Assembly (NCBI GenBank): GCA_963707985.1 | Contig: CAVPRW010000048.1 | Span: forward strand, 119,422 to 183,421 | Length of the DNA stretch: 64,000 bases | Direction of reading: 5' to 3' | Source of the DNA: an uncultured Nitrospinota bacterium | GTDB lineage: Bacteria > Tectomicrobia > Entotheonellia > J063 > CAVPRW01 | Shown: one piece after another, positions 32,602 through 43,375 of the stretch | Layout of the letters: the number at the start of each line of letters is the position of its first letter | Position numbering within the stretch: the first letter of the stretch is position 1 | Program-made: the position numbers and the translations under genes | Notes under the pieces: generated by a model | Told to the model about the DNA's origin: nothing | Database searches by the model: none | Seen by the model: the letters and a program-made list of their open reading frames with translations, nothing else

Positions 32602-33438
32602 CTACGACCCTTCCTTTTTGGCGTTTGGGAAGAACAGCTGCTGGCCGTCGACCCGAAAATCGGCGATCGCTTTCTGCCCTTGGTCGGAAATCAGCCAATC
32701 CGTGAACGCCTGCCCATCGCTCGCTTTCACGTGGGGGTGCTTAGCGGGATTGACCAGAATGACACCGTATTGATTGAAAAGACGTGGATCTCCTTCGACG
32801 GCAATGGTGAGCCTGCCTCTATTCTTGAAGCTGATCCAGGTGCCACGGTCGCTGATGGTATAGGCATCCAAGCCACTAGAGGTATTCAACGTGGCACCCA
32901 TCCCTGAGCCGGCCTCGCGGTACCAGGAACCACTGGCCTTCTTGACGTCGATCCCGGCTGCTTCCCAGAGGCTCAATTCCAGCTTGTGCGTGCCGCTGTC
33001 ATCGCCGCGCGACACAAACGGCGCTGCCGTGGCGGCGATCCGGGAGAGCGCTGCCACGCTATCCTCTGTGCCCTTGATGCCTGCAGGGTCGGTCTGCGGT
33101 CCGAGCAGCACATAGTCGTTATACATCACGTCGTAGCGCTTCACCCCGAAGCCCTGCGCCACGAATTGCTCTTCTGAAGGCTGATGATGCACGAACAGGA
33201 CGTCGGCATCACCGCGCTCAGCGTTTTTGATCGCCTGACCAGTGCCCACGGCGACCACACGCACCTCGATCCCTGTCGCCTGCTGAAATTTCGGTAGAAT
33301 AAACCCGAACAACCCGGAATTCTCCGTGGAGGTGGTGGAGGCCACCGTGATAAAGCGTTCGGCTGCCACCGCAGGCATTGCAACGACCGCCAGCAGCATG
33401 AGGACTGCGACAGACACCCTCAGAGGTCGACACCGCAT
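32602..33438 (-). CDS. tupA: Tungstate ABC transporter substrate-binding protein
   Basis: ASTTSTENSGL..VGTGQA..GDADVL.VH..SRGDDSGTH. Confidence 0.9.
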   Translation of the reverse strand: MRCRPLRVSVAVLMLLAVVAMPAVAAERFITVASTTSTENSGLFGFILPKFQQATGIEVRVVAVGTGQAIKNAERGDADVLFVHHQPSEEQFVAQGFGVKRYDVMYNDYVLLGPQTDPAGIKGTEDSVAALSRIAATAAPFVSRGDDSGTHKLELSLWEAAGIDVKKASGSWYREAGSGMGATLNTSSGLDAYTISDRGTWISFKNRGRLTIAVEGDPRLFNQYGVILVNPAKHPHVKASDGQAFTDWLISDQGQKAIADFRVDGQQLFFPNAKKEGS

Positions 33439-33463
33439 GAAATCCCCCCTTCTAGCGTTTTCA

Positions 33464-34219
33464 TTACCATACCAGTCGACCCTCGAGAAAGGCAGCGGCA
33501 TCCTTGCTTTTGGGTTGACTGAAAAACTCCGTGGCCTGTGCATGCTCCAGAAGCCGGCCACGATGTAGGAAAAGCACCGCATCGGCGAGCCGGCGTGCCT
33601 GCCCGAGGTCATGGGTCGTCATGATGATCCGCGTCCCGCTCTCGGAGATCTGCGCCAGCAGGGTTTCGACCGCTTTGGTGGCGGCGGGATCGAGATTGGC
33701 GGTGGGCTCATCCAGCAATAGGACGTGGGGCTTGAGCACCCGAGCTCGCGCCAGCGCGAGGCGTTGCTGCTCGCCACCGGACAGCAGTCGTGCCGATCGC
33801 CCACCAAGCTCCGCCAAGCCAGCCTGTTGCAGGGCTTCGTGCACCGCCGTCTGGCGCTGCCGACGCGGCATGCCACGCAGGCGCAGGGCATAGCTGATGT
33901 TGGCTGCCGCGGTGCGCCGCAGCAGTATTGGACGTTGAAACACCATGGCTTGATATCGACGTGCGGCGTGCACATCCATGCCATGCCACCGAATCGACCC
34001 GCTGGATGGGTGGATGAGCCCATGGCAGAGACGCAGCAGGAGGCTCTTGCCAGCCCCGTTCGGACCCAGCACCATGGTATGGGGTCGGGCCTCGATGACA
34101 CAGGAGATGTGATCGATGAAGTATTGCCCTGCGACCTCAAAACAGACCTCGTGGAGGACCAGAGGAAACATCGCCGGTGTGGTCTGCTCGAGGCCTACAC
34201 GATCATTCGATCGCACCAC
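33464..34219 (-). CDS. tupC: Tungstate ABC transporter ATPase
   Basis: GPNGAGKS, LSGGEQQR, LLLDEPT; operon context. Confidence 0.85.
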   Translation of the reverse strand: MVRSNDRVGLEQTTPAMFPLVLHEVCFEVAGQYFIDHISCVIEARPHTMVLGPNGAGKSLLLRLCHGLIHPSSGSIRWHGMDVHAARRYQAMVFQRPILLRRTAAANISYALRLRGMPRRQRQTAVHEALQQAGLAELGGRSARLLSGGEQQRLALARARVLKPHVLLLDEPTANLDPAATKAVETLLAQISESGTRIIMTTHDLGQARRLADAVLFLHRGRLLEHAQATEFFSQPKSKDAAAFLEGRLVW

Positions 34220-34227
34220 TTTTCCCT

Positions 34228-34932
34228 TTATCCATAGGAACGCTTGGCCACGTCCCGAATTGCCAAGGCCGCAGCATTCAGCATGAACGTGAGGAACAGC
34301 AAAATGATCCCGAGTCCGAGCGCCAGAGGGAGATCTCCTTTACTCGTCTCGAGGGCGATGGTCGTCGTCATCACGCGGGTAACATGGTTGATGTTGCCGC
34401 CGACGATGATCACCGCTCCCACTTCCGCGCTGGCGCGACCGAATCCGGCCATCATCGCGGTGAGCAGGCTGAAGCGGCCATCCCACAAGAGCGTGCCGAT
34501 CGTCCGCCAAGGCCCAACTCCCAGCGAACGGAGTTGCTCGTCGTATTCTTCATGCAAGTCGGCGATGGTCTGCCGTGTCAACGCGGCGATGATTGGGGTG
34601 ACGAGGACACATTGGGCCAGGACCATAGCCGTCGGCGTATATAACAGGCCAAGCTCGCCTAGCGGACCCGCCCGCGACAGCAGCACATAGAGCGCCAGTC
34701 CGACCACCACGGGGGGGAGCCCCATCATCGCATTGAGCAGGGCTCCCACCTGGTTCCGTCCAGGGAACCGGAAGACCGCTACCGCCGCTCCCAGCGGCAG
34801 ACCGCACACCGCAGCCAGACTCACGGCCGCTATGCTGACCAGCAACGACAGGGAGACGATCGCCACCAAATCGTGATCCAAACGGACAATCAGCGCCAGA
34901 GCGGTCGCTATAGCAGCGGTGAAATCCTCCAT
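34228..34932 (-). CDS. tupB: Tungstate ABC transporter permease
   Basis: GLPPVVVGL..SRAGPLG..GFGRA.AEVGAV.IVGGNI..TRVMTT.IALET. Confidence 0.9.
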   Translation of the reverse strand: MEDFTAAIATALALIVRLDHDLVAIVSLSLLVSIAAVSLAAVCGLPLGAAVAVFRFPGRNQVGALLNAMMGLPPVVVGLALYVLLSRAGPLGELGLLYTPTAMVLAQCVLVTPIIAALTRQTIADLHEEYDEQLRSLGVGPWRTIGTLLWDGRFSLLTAMMAGFGRASAEVGAVIIVGGNINHVTRVMTTTIALETSKGDLPLALGLGIILLFLTFMLNAAALAIRDVAKRSYG

Positions 34933-35169
34933 CGCCTCACTTCCCAAACCAGCCGTTGGAGCAAGTATACACCATGACCCGCGCGACACAGCAAGGCCTT
35001 CACACGGCATTGCCTCTGCCCAAGCATCGTCTTGAATAGGAAAGGACTTGGGCGGGAGTGAAGGCCAGGACTTCGCTGTAAAGTGCCTAATTATTGCACA
35101 GACATGCCTGGTTTTCAAAAGTCCATCTGCAGCAAAACTTCCGCCATATGAAAGTGCCATCATAACCTT

Positions 35170-35400
35170 GGGCAAACACGATGATCAAGTCCCGGGTCTG
35201 CTCGAAGAGCTGGCGACGCTAGCGCTGCCAGCCGACTGGCTCGTTCCCGGTGGCTTCTTGCGCATACAGCCGTCGATGGGTCGTGGCCAGCGCGAAGACC
35301 AGCAGAGTGAAGACCACATGGATCCGCACGGCGCGTTCATGTTTCTGCGGGGGATGGCCCCAACTCCCACTGCTGCATGAATCCCTTGATACCGCAGTTC
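35170..35400 (-). pseudogene. Transposase C-terminal remnant
   Basis: QQWELG..ERAVRIHVVFTLLVFALAT..VGWQR with stops and shifts. Confidence 0.45.
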
Positions 35401-35409
35401 TTTAGGACC

Positions 35410-36200
35410 CTCTCCCGCTGGTCGCTGTGCCGTGCCCTCAACCCTGGTGCATAGCCGGTATCAGCGCCACCTGACGGACCTCCCCTGGGGCGCCCTGTCG
35501 GTGCGCATTCGACTGACCGTGCGGAAATTCGTGTGCCGTAATGCCGCATGCATCCGCCGCATCTTCACGGAGCGCCTGCCCGCGCTGGTCGCCGTGTATG
35601 CTCGGCGCACCAGGCGGCCGCGGTATATACGGCATGGCGGCCATCCGCGCGGGTGTTGACGCCTTTCGTGCCGTACCTGATCCGCTGCTGGTGCGAGAGC
35701 AGGGCGGATAGCCTGCAGCTCTGGCGCGAGATTCAGGCCCTGGGGTATGCCCACTCGGCCCGAACCGTGTGCCGCTTCATCACCCAGCTACGACGCGCCG
35801 CCGAGGCGGGACACCCTCCGGAGTCGCAGGGCTCACCGTATACCCGTCCCCAGGGGCCGTCCGCCCGTGCCGTGTCCTTTGCCATGGTCTGCCCGGCCGC
35901 CAAGCAGTCTCATGAGGCGCAGACGTATGTGACGCAGCTCTGCCAGATGGATGCAGACATCGCGCGCGGCACATGCACGAGCGCAAGCTGCTCTGGCGAT
36001 GGTACGGCAGCGCCAGGGCCATGACCTGGAGGCTATGGATAGCCGAGGCGACCCAGAGTGGGATTGAGGCACTCGCTCGCTTCGCGCGGGGCCTGCAGGA
36101 CGACCTGGCGGCCGTCACCGCCGGAGCTCACACCTGGCGTGGAGCAACGGCGTTATGGAAAGCTCCATAATCGCTCGGCTGAAGCTCATGACGCTCCAGA
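35410..36200 (+). mobile_element. ISL3 family transposase remnant
   Basis: HSRYQRHLTDLPW..VRKFVC.N..C.RRIFTERLP; FARGLQDDLAAV. Confidence 0.75.
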
Positions 36201-36310
36201 TGCTATAGGGCTCGACTTGATGGCTCGGCAAGCGGGGAGGAAAGCGTACGGCCTGGCCCAGCGTCTCTCTCTTCCCTGGCTTGCCGCTCTTGTTGCGAAT
36301 GGACAGGGGG

Positions 36311-36339
36311 TTGACTTGCAAGAGTATTGCACGTATAGT
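36311..36339 (+). promoter_or_regulatory. Sigma70-like promoter with a palindromic operator in its spacer
   Basis: TTGACT-17 nt-TATAGT; spacer contains TGCAA-gagta-TTGCA. Confidence 0.55.
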
Positions 36340-36469
36340 CGGGAGCGTGGTCGATTGCATTTTCCATAACCCTCCGTCCCTATACGATTAAAGGTCTGGT
36401 ACGACGCAGGTTTTGTATGGCTGGGAAGGTGCCCACCTCTGAGCGCCACGGGCGCGTTCGGGATGGCTC

Positions 36470-36814
36470 ATGACCTCTAGTTGGAAATCAAGGCGTGGGT
36501 TACAAAGACCCTTGCTCCATGCTCCAAGTGGCCGCCGCGCCTCTGTACTGGTCGTGTGCCTATGCCTCGCGCTGCTGTTCGTGCAGATCAGCCACCCGGT
36601 GGTGCACCCGCATGAGACCATCAACGCCCACGCGAAGGACCATCTCACCTGCCCCGTCAGCCACACCGCTGGAGGCCTGCTGCTCATTCTACCGCTGCCG
36701 GGCCCTCCGGCCGCTTTGGTCCTTTGGCTGATTCTTGCCCCGCTCCCATGGTTGGGGCGCCTCGATTTCGACCACCATCTGGCGCCCCGTCCACCACCAG
36801 CTTTCCCCTTGTAA
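36470..36814 (+). CDS. DUF2946-like His/Cys-rich leader protein
   Basis: Hydrophobic N-terminus, HPVVHPHE, HLTCPVSH, C-terminal APRPPP. Confidence 0.6.
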   Translation: MTSSWKSRRGLQRPLLHAPSGRRASVLVVCLCLALLFVQISHPVVHPHETINAHAKDHLTCPVSHTAGGLLLILPLPGPPAALVLWLILAPLPWLGRLDFDHHLAPRPPPAFPL

Positions 36815-36925
36815 CAGCCTATCGGAAGACTTCCACCCAATCTTGCTGACGTCATCCTGCACCTGAGTCTTCGCTTAGGCTGCCGGTAGACTGCTCGCGT
36901 TGAGGCTGTGGAAAAGGGGGAACGC

Positions 36926-38279
36926 ATGCGGCATATCACACAGGCTCTTGTTGTCGCCATGGTTTGTTCGGTCTCATCACACGTGCTTGCTCAAGGCGCG
37001 CCAGGCTCGGCGCGTCGCGGCGGCGGTGTCGCCGCAGGAGCTGCAGCGCGACCTCGAGATCATGAAGAAGCAACTGGAAGAGATGCAGCAAAAGATCCGC
37101 AAGCAAGAGGAAATGATCAAACAGCTGAGCACCCAGCCGACGCCGCCTCCACCAGTGGCAAAGCCCAGCCCGGAGGTCGAGGAACAGATCCGGCAGAAGG
37201 TGCGAGACGATATCATGCGCGAGATCCAGCCCAGCCTCTCCGCGGCAAACCGGACCTTCCCCTCGCTGTTCAACCCGGCGATCGGCCTGGTCATCGACAC
37301 GGTGGGCTCATATACGCGGGACGGAGGGAATTTTGAGTTTCGTTCCGCTGAGCTCGGTCTTTCCGCCACGGTTGATCCTTTTGCGCGGGCCTACGCCTTC
37401 ATCAACGGCACCCAAGACAACATCGAAGTCGAGGAAGCTGCCATTGTGACGACCTCGTTGCCCTATAACTTCACGGTGAAGGGAGGGCGGTTCTTCGCAG
37501 ACTTCGGCCGGCTCGCCCACTTCCATGATCATGAACTGCCGTTCGTGAATCGACCGATCGTGCTTGACCAATACGTCGGTGGCGAGTCGCAGGCGGACGG
37601 TGTCGAGACGAGCTGGCTCGCGCCCATCTCGCAGTACATCAATCTCACCGCGGGCATGTACAACAAAATCGGTGCGGAGAACGAGCGCGTCAGCAACAGC
37701 GTGCCTCGTACCCTGCCGCAGTTCACCTATTTGGGAAAAGCCGCCACCTTTTTCAATCTGGGTGACGCGCATAGCATCGACGTCGGCGCCACCCTCGCCT
37801 ACACGCCGCAGGTGGCGATCGAGAATAGTGCCCAGCGGCAGTTATGGGGACTCGATCTGACCTACCGCTACCTTCCCCCTGGTGAAGCATCCTACCGCGG
37901 CTTGACCTGGGGTACCGAGGTGCTCTACAACACCGAGCGGCGGCCCTTCAATACCATCATTCAGGACGTTGACACCGGAGAGCTCATCTCCGAAACGACC
38001 CTGAAGCGTCGTAACGCCTTCGGCCTCTACAGCTACCTTGAGCCGCGATTGTCGCGCCGCCTCTCGGTTGGATTCGAGTTCGAATGGGTCGAGGCTCTCG
38101 ACCCCGGGGTGGTCACGACCACGGCGTTTTCCCCCTACCTCACCCTCTGGGCCTCCGAGTTCCAGCGCATCCGCCTGCAGTACAGCAATATCGCACAGCC
38201 CGGCGGTCACGATAACGCCGGCTTCGTCCAATGGACCGTGGTCCTCGGCAGCCATGTCCACGGCTTCCGCGATCGATAA
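36926..38279 (+). CDS. Putative outer-membrane metal-uptake beta-barrel protein, frameshift near 37.0 kb
   Basis: Signal peptide in one frame and body in another; coiled coil, FNPAIG, VDPF, HFHDHELPF, C-terminal GSHVHGF. Confidence 0.7.
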
Positions 38280-38290
38280 GGAGTCAATCC

Positions 38291-39223
38291 ATGAGGCGTC
38301 TTGTGCTGTTAGGGCTGGCTATGGTGCTCATGTTCCTGGTGCCCTCGGAGGGAGCTGGCGCGACCATACGGGTCGTCACCACGATCCCGGACCTGGCGGA
38401 TATGGCCAGACACATCGGGGGCGACCTGGTGGAGGTGAAGAGTCTCGCCACCGGCGTGGAGGATATCCATGCCGTGCCGATGAAACCGAGCTTTATCCCG
38501 CTCCTGAACCGCGCTGATGTCGTGGTGTTGATGGGGCTCGAGGCGGAGCATGCCTTCCTGCCGGCGCTGCTGGAGGTGGCGCGCAACCCGAGAATCCTGC
38601 CCAATGGACCGGGCTATATCGACTGCTCGGTCTACATCACGCCGCTGGAAGTGCCGACCCGCATCGACCGTGCGCTGGGCGATCAGCACCCGATGGGCAA
38701 CCCGCATTACAACCTTGACCCTGTACGTGGCAAGGACATGGCGCGGGCGATCGCCGACGGCCTGTCGCGCAACTACCCGGAGTATGCCGCGACCTTCCAG
38801 AAGAATCTCGCGGCGTACCTCGCCAGCCTCGACACCGCGATCGCTCGTTGGCAGCGTGAGGCCGCGCCGTTACGCGGCCTGAAGCTCGTGAGCTACCACC
38901 CGGATATGATTTATTTCGCCGAGCGCTTTGGCATGGAAGCGGTCGGCACCATCGAAATCCGCGCCGGCATCGACCCGACGCCGGGCCACATCGTCGAGTT
39001 AGAGGAGATGATGCGCGCTCAGGGAGTCAAGATCGTCGTGCGCGAGCTGCATTACCCCGCCGGCCTGGCCGCAACCATAGCGCAACACACGGGGGCGACG
39101 CTGGTCGAGTTGCCGGCGATGGTGGGCGGTGTGCCAGAAGCCAAGGATTACTTGAGCTTCATCAACTACAACGTGCAGACCATGCTCAAGGCGGCGGCCA
39201 CGATCAAAGCCGCGCAGAATTGA
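38291..39223 (+). CDS. Zn/Mn ABC transporter substrate-binding protein
   Basis: VVTTIPDL..EDIH..HPMGNPHY.LDP..SYH. Confidence 0.9.
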   Translation: MRRLVLLGLAMVLMFLVPSEGAGATIRVVTTIPDLADMARHIGGDLVEVKSLATGVEDIHAVPMKPSFIPLLNRADVVVLMGLEAEHAFLPALLEVARNPRILPNGPGYIDCSVYITPLEVPTRIDRALGDQHPMGNPHYNLDPVRGKDMARAIADGLSRNYPEYAATFQKNLAAYLASLDTAIARWQREAAPLRGLKLVSYHPDMIYFAERFGMEAVGTIEIRAGIDPTPGHIVELEEMMRAQGVKIVVRELHYPAGLAATIAQHTGATLVELPAMVGGVPEAKDYLSFINYNVQTMLKAAATIKAAQN

Positions 39224-39225
39224 TC

Positions 39226-39942
39226 ATGCACGAGGCGCATATCAGGCTCCAGGATGTGAGTCTTGGTTACGATGGACGGGCTGTGCTCGAACATGTGTCA
39301 TTTGCCATCGAGCGCAGCGAGTTCATGGCTCTCCTAGGTCCGAATGGCGCCGGCAAGACGACGCTCTTGCGCAGCGTGCTCGGGCTGATGCCGGTGCTGG
39401 CGGGGCGAATTGAGTATGGCTTCGACCGGTTCGCCAGCCCCCCGGGGTACGTTCCGCAGGGGGAGAGGCTCAACCCGATCTTCCCGTTGACCGTGCTCGA
39501 TGTCGTGCTGATGGGCACCTATGGTCGATTGGCGCCGCTGCATCCTGTGGGCCGGCAGCAGCGCCAATGCGCCGCCCACTGTCTCGATCAGGTGGGGCTC
39601 GCCGATCTTGCCAAACGGCCATTTTGGGAACTCTCCGGAGGCCAGAAGCAGCGCGTGCTGATCGCACGGGCGCTCGCAGGTGAACCAGCCGTTCTCTTGC
39701 TCGATGAGCCGACGGCTGGAGTTGACCCGGATGCCGCCGTCTCGATCATGGAGCTCATCGCACAGCTGAACCACGACCGCGCCCTGACGGTGGTCATGGT
39801 CACTCATCAGTTGCAGCTGGTGCGCCGGTTGGCTCACTCGGTCGTCTGGGTCGAGGATGGCCGTGCGCACAAGGGACCAGCGGCATCCGTGCTGGCGCCG
39901 GAGTCGGCGAATCCCTTCCAGGCATTGAGAGGAAGCGAGTGA
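39226..39942 (+). CDS. Zn/Mn ABC transporter ATPase
   Basis: GPNGAGKTT, GYVPQ, LSGGQKQRVLIARAL, LLDEP. Confidence 0.9.
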   Translation: MHEAHIRLQDVSLGYDGRAVLEHVSFAIERSEFMALLGPNGAGKTTLLRSVLGLMPVLAGRIEYGFDRFASPPGYVPQGERLNPIFPLTVLDVVLMGTYGRLAPLHPVGRQQRQCAAHCLDQVGLADLAKRPFWELSGGQKQRVLIARALAGEPAVLLLDEPTAGVDPDAAVSIMELIAQLNHDRALTVVMVTHQLQLVRRLAHSVVWVEDGRAHKGPAASVLAPESANPFQALRGSE

Positions 39943-40820
39943 CGGCGCTGCTCGAGATCCTGAGTCCTGATTTTCTCTTGCGCCAGGCGCTCATCGGCAG
40001 TGTCCTGGTCGGGCTCGTGTGTCCTCTGGTGGGAGTCTACTTCATCTTACGGCGGATGATTTTTCTCGGTGTGGCTCTGCCGCAGGTTTCGGCGGCAGGG
40101 ATCGCCTTCGCCGCGCTCGTGCATCAGATCGTCACCAGCCTGTACGCGCACATCGCCCTCAGCGAGCGCTGGCTGGCGACGATCGGTTCTATCAGTTTCA
40201 CGCTCGCCGCGCTCCTGATCTTGGCTGCCTTTGAGCGCCAGCGCGAGACCGTGGAGGCACGGATTGGCATTACCTATGTTGTGGCTGCAGCGGCAAGTAT
40301 GCTCTTTCTGGCCACCAATCCCACCGCAGAGGCCCACATGGTGAACCTCCTCAAGGGCGACATCCTCGCCACCACTGGCCTCAGTCTGACCCTCATGGTG
40401 GGGGTCTTTGGCGTCATCGTGCTCGTACTGATAGCGTTCCGGAAAGAGTTTCTGTTGGTCTCATTCGATCGTGATCTGGCGGTGGTCTTCGGCAAACGTG
40501 TTGAGTGGTGGGACATGCTGCTCTACCTCACGATCGGCATCGCGATTGCGCTCGGGGTGATCACTGCTGGCCCCATCGTGACCTTTGGCTTCCTGGTGGT
40601 GCCACCCTTCACGGCGCGCTTGATCACGCATCGGATGCTGACCTTCTCACTCACTTCAGCGGGGCTTGGGGCCGTGACGGCGTTTGTCGGGTTTTACTGC
40701 GCCTACCGCTTCGACCTGCCGCTTGGTCCTACCGAGGTCGTGGTGGCAAGCCTTGTCCTGGTGCTGGTCTGGTCCATCAATCGGGCCTGCCGTCTCGTAG
40801 GCGGATGGTGGGCGACATGA
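39939..40820 (+). CDS. Zn/Mn ABC transporter permease
   Basis: GVYFILRRMIF.G.AL..GDIL..KEFLLVSFD. Confidence 0.9.
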   Translation: MTALLEILSPDFLLRQALIGSVLVGLVCPLVGVYFILRRMIFLGVALPQVSAAGIAFAALVHQIVTSLYAHIALSERWLATIGSISFTLAALLILAAFERQRETVEARIGITYVVAAAASMLFLATNPTAEAHMVNLLKGDILATTGLSLTLMVGVFGVIVLVLIAFRKEFLLVSFDRDLAVVFGKRVEWWDMLLYLTIGIAIALGVITAGPIVTFGFLVVPPFTARLITHRMLTFSLTSAGLGAVTAFVGFYCAYRFDLPLGPTEVVVASLVLVLVWSINRACRLVGGWWAT

Positions 40821-43375
40821 GCCCCCTCCTGTATCTGTGCTTTACCATCTCCGGCACGGCGGCTCTGGCACTTGAGATCTTGTGGATGCGCTCAGCGGGT
40901 CTGGTGCTTGGCACCACTGCGCAGACAACGGCGGCCGTCCTGGCCTGTTACTTCGCGGGTCTGGGCTTTGGCGCTGCCTGTGGGCAACGTATTCAGCGGC
41001 GGCCCGTGAGGGTTTATGGCCTACTCGAGCTTGGGGCGGGAATGGGGGCACTGTGGTCGGTTGCCGTGTTTCGAGCGCTGACGAGCGATCTCGCCCAAGC
41101 ATGGCTCGTCTGCTTGGGGCCGACAGGACGTGTCGCGGCCATCAGTGTCGCAGTCCTGCCGACGACACTGTGTTTGGGTGCCACGCTTCCAGCGCTCGGG
41201 CAGGCCTTGGCGGCGGCGGGAGCGGTGGGACGCTGGGGCGGCCTGCTGTATGCGCTGAACACGCTGGGTGGCGTCCTGGGGGCGGCAGCAGCGGGCTTTG
41301 GACTACCGGCAACCATTGGTGTGACTGCGAGTTATGGTGTTGCCGCGGCGGCAAGCCTCCTCGCTGGAGCGACAGCCATCGTGATTGGTGACACGCAACA
41401 GGGGGTGCTCTCGGCAAGAGCGGTTGGTGACGCCATCGCCCCGGTGGCCCGACGCGGACACCTCTGGATGGTCGCCGCTGGCACGGGTGCCCTCGGCTTA
41501 GGCCTTGAGGTACTCTGGACACGAATTTTCGCCCAGGTCCTGCATAATTCCATCTATTCCTTCACGGCAGTCACCGTCATCTTTTTGCTGGCACTGGCAA
41601 CCGGGGCGGCGATCGCCGCCGTCCTCCTGCGTTGGGTCACGCCGGCCGCCGTGGCGTCCGTGGCGCTATTGACCGCAGCAGTGGCGACCGTCGGCGGATT
41701 GTGGCTGTTCGTCCGTTGGACGGATGGGCTGGCGTATGTCGGCATGCACTCTGGACTTGGTGAATACTTGGGACGCATCGTGCTCCTCGCCGCGACCACC
41801 GCCGGTCCTGCAGCGCTGGCCTCCGGAGCCGTCCTGCCCGCCTTGTGGGCGGCTTGGGGTGAGCATCATGGCGCGGCCCACCCGTTGGGTGAGCTGTCGG
41901 CAGCGAATCTGTTCGGTGGGGTGATCGGGGCGGTCAGTGCGGGCTTTCTCATCGTCCCGGCCATCGGTGTTCGAGGTGGTCTGCTGGTCGCTGCGGTGGC
42001 CTACATTACCCTCGCCGATCTGATCGCGAGGCCACAGGGCCGTCTCCGACCACTCGCCTACGTGGCCCTACTGGCCTTGGTGATCGCTGATCCGTTGCGG
42101 GCGCCGCTGGTGCATCTGCGATCAGAGAAGGAGACGCTGCGGGCAATGGTCGAAGGGGCGAGTGGCATCGTGACGGTCGTCGAGGCTGGCAGTGACTTGC
42201 AACTCCGGCTGGATAACTACTACGTGCTTGGCGGGACCACGGCGGCCACGAATCAGCGTCGCCAGGGGTTGTTACCGTTGCTGCTCCACCCCGACCCGCA
42301 CCGCGTCGCGTTCGTCGGGCTGGCCACGGGGATCACGGCCAGTGCCGGGCCAGCCCTCGGCGTGCCTGATACCACGGCTATCGAACTGGTGCCTGAAGTG
42401 GCAACAGCGGCACGCACGTATTTTGCGCCCTGGAACGCAGGCGTACTCGAGCGACCTGACGTTCGTCTCGTGCTCGACGACGGCCGGCGGCACCTCGCCG
42501 CGACAGCCGACCACTTCGACGTCGTTGTCTCCGACCTGTTTATCCCCTGGCACGCCAGCGCCGGTAATCTCTATGCGCGCGAGATGTATGAAACCGTGGC
42601 CCGTCGCCTCACTCCAGGTGGACTGTTCTGTCAGTGGCTGCCGCTCTATCAACTGACGCGCGAGGAGTTTGACATCATCGTGCGCACGTTTCTCGAGGTC
42701 TTCCCACAGGCGAGCCTCTGGCGCGGTGACTTCTATCCGAGCGCCCCCATCGTCGGACTGGTCGGCCAGTTGGCGTCGCAGCCCGTCGATCTCGGACGAC
42801 TTGGCGAGCGCCTGCGCCATCTGCCGGAATGGAGCCATGATTCGCTCTTGAGCTCGCCACAGGGGCTCATCATGCTGTACGCCGGTGACCTGACGAGGAT
42901 GGCTGATCTCTTCGCCAAGGCACCTCTCAATACCGACGACCGTCCGCTGATTGAGTTCATGGCCCCGCGGTTGACCCGTATCAACGCTGCTGGCGATAAA
43001 GATTGGTTCATGGGTGAGGCGCTGGCGGCGTTCTACGATACCCTGGATGCCCGCCTGGCAGGTACTCACGATGCATTTTTTCCGGCATCCGACGAGGTTG
43101 AGGCGGCACGCCAGGCTGGTTCGGCGCTCTATCGCTACGCCCTTGCGGCCGCCCAGCATGATGAGGTGACCGCCACCCACTTTCAAGCCGAGATATGGAA
43201 ACTCGTACCGGAAGTCATCCTGGCTACTGAGTCCCCAGGCCCAGGAGCTGACCTGACAGAAGCCCGACAGGGGCTTGCAGGGCTGCGTGCGGAACAAGAG
43301 CGCGTCCACCAGCGCCTTGAAGAAATGGCCCAGCGTTTGCGGAAGATGCAGGATTCTGTGGAGGGTTTGCGATGA
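40817..43375 (+). CDS. Multi-TM protein fused to a spermidine-synthase-like SAM-binding domain
   Basis: ALALEILW.R, LYALNTLG, VGLATGITA, IELVPEV, DDGRRHL, DVVVSD, QWLP. Confidence 0.85.
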   Translation: MSPLLYLCFTISGTAALALEILWMRSAGLVLGTTAQTTAAVLACYFAGLGFGAACGQRIQRRPVRVYGLLELGAGMGALWSVAVFRALTSDLAQAWLVCLGPTGRVAAISVAVLPTTLCLGATLPALGQALAAAGAVGRWGGLLYALNTLGGVLGAAAAGFGLPATIGVTASYGVAAAASLLAGATAIVIGDTQQGVLSARAVGDAIAPVARRGHLWMVAAGTGALGLGLEVLWTRIFAQVLHNSIYSFTAVTVIFLLALATGAAIAAVLLRWVTPAAVASVALLTAAVATVGGLWLFVRWTDGLAYVGMHSGLGEYLGRIVLLAATTAGPAALASGAVLPALWAAWGEHHGAAHPLGELSAANLFGGVIGAVSAGFLIVPAIGVRGGLLVAAVAYITLADLIARPQGRLRPLAYVALLALVIADPLRAPLVHLRSEKETLRAMVEGASGIVTVVEAGSDLQLRLDNYYVLGGTTAATNQRRQGLLPLLLHPDPHRVAFVGLATGITASAGPALGVPDTTAIELVPEVATAARTYFAPWNAGVLERPDVRLVLDDGRRHLAATADHFDVVVSDLFIPWHASAGNLYAREMYETVARRLTPGGLFCQWLPLYQLTREEFDIIVRTFLEVFPQASLWRGDFYPSAPIVGLVGQLASQPVDLGRLGERLRHLPEWSHDSLLSSPQGLIMLYAGDLTRMADLFAKAPLNTDDRPLIEFMAPRLTRINAAGDKDWFMGEALAAFYDTLDARLAGTHDAFFPASDEVEAARQAGSALYRYALAAAQHDEVTATHFQAEIWKLVPEVILATESPGPGADLTEARQGLAGLRAEQERVHQRLEEMAQRLRKMQDSVEGLR

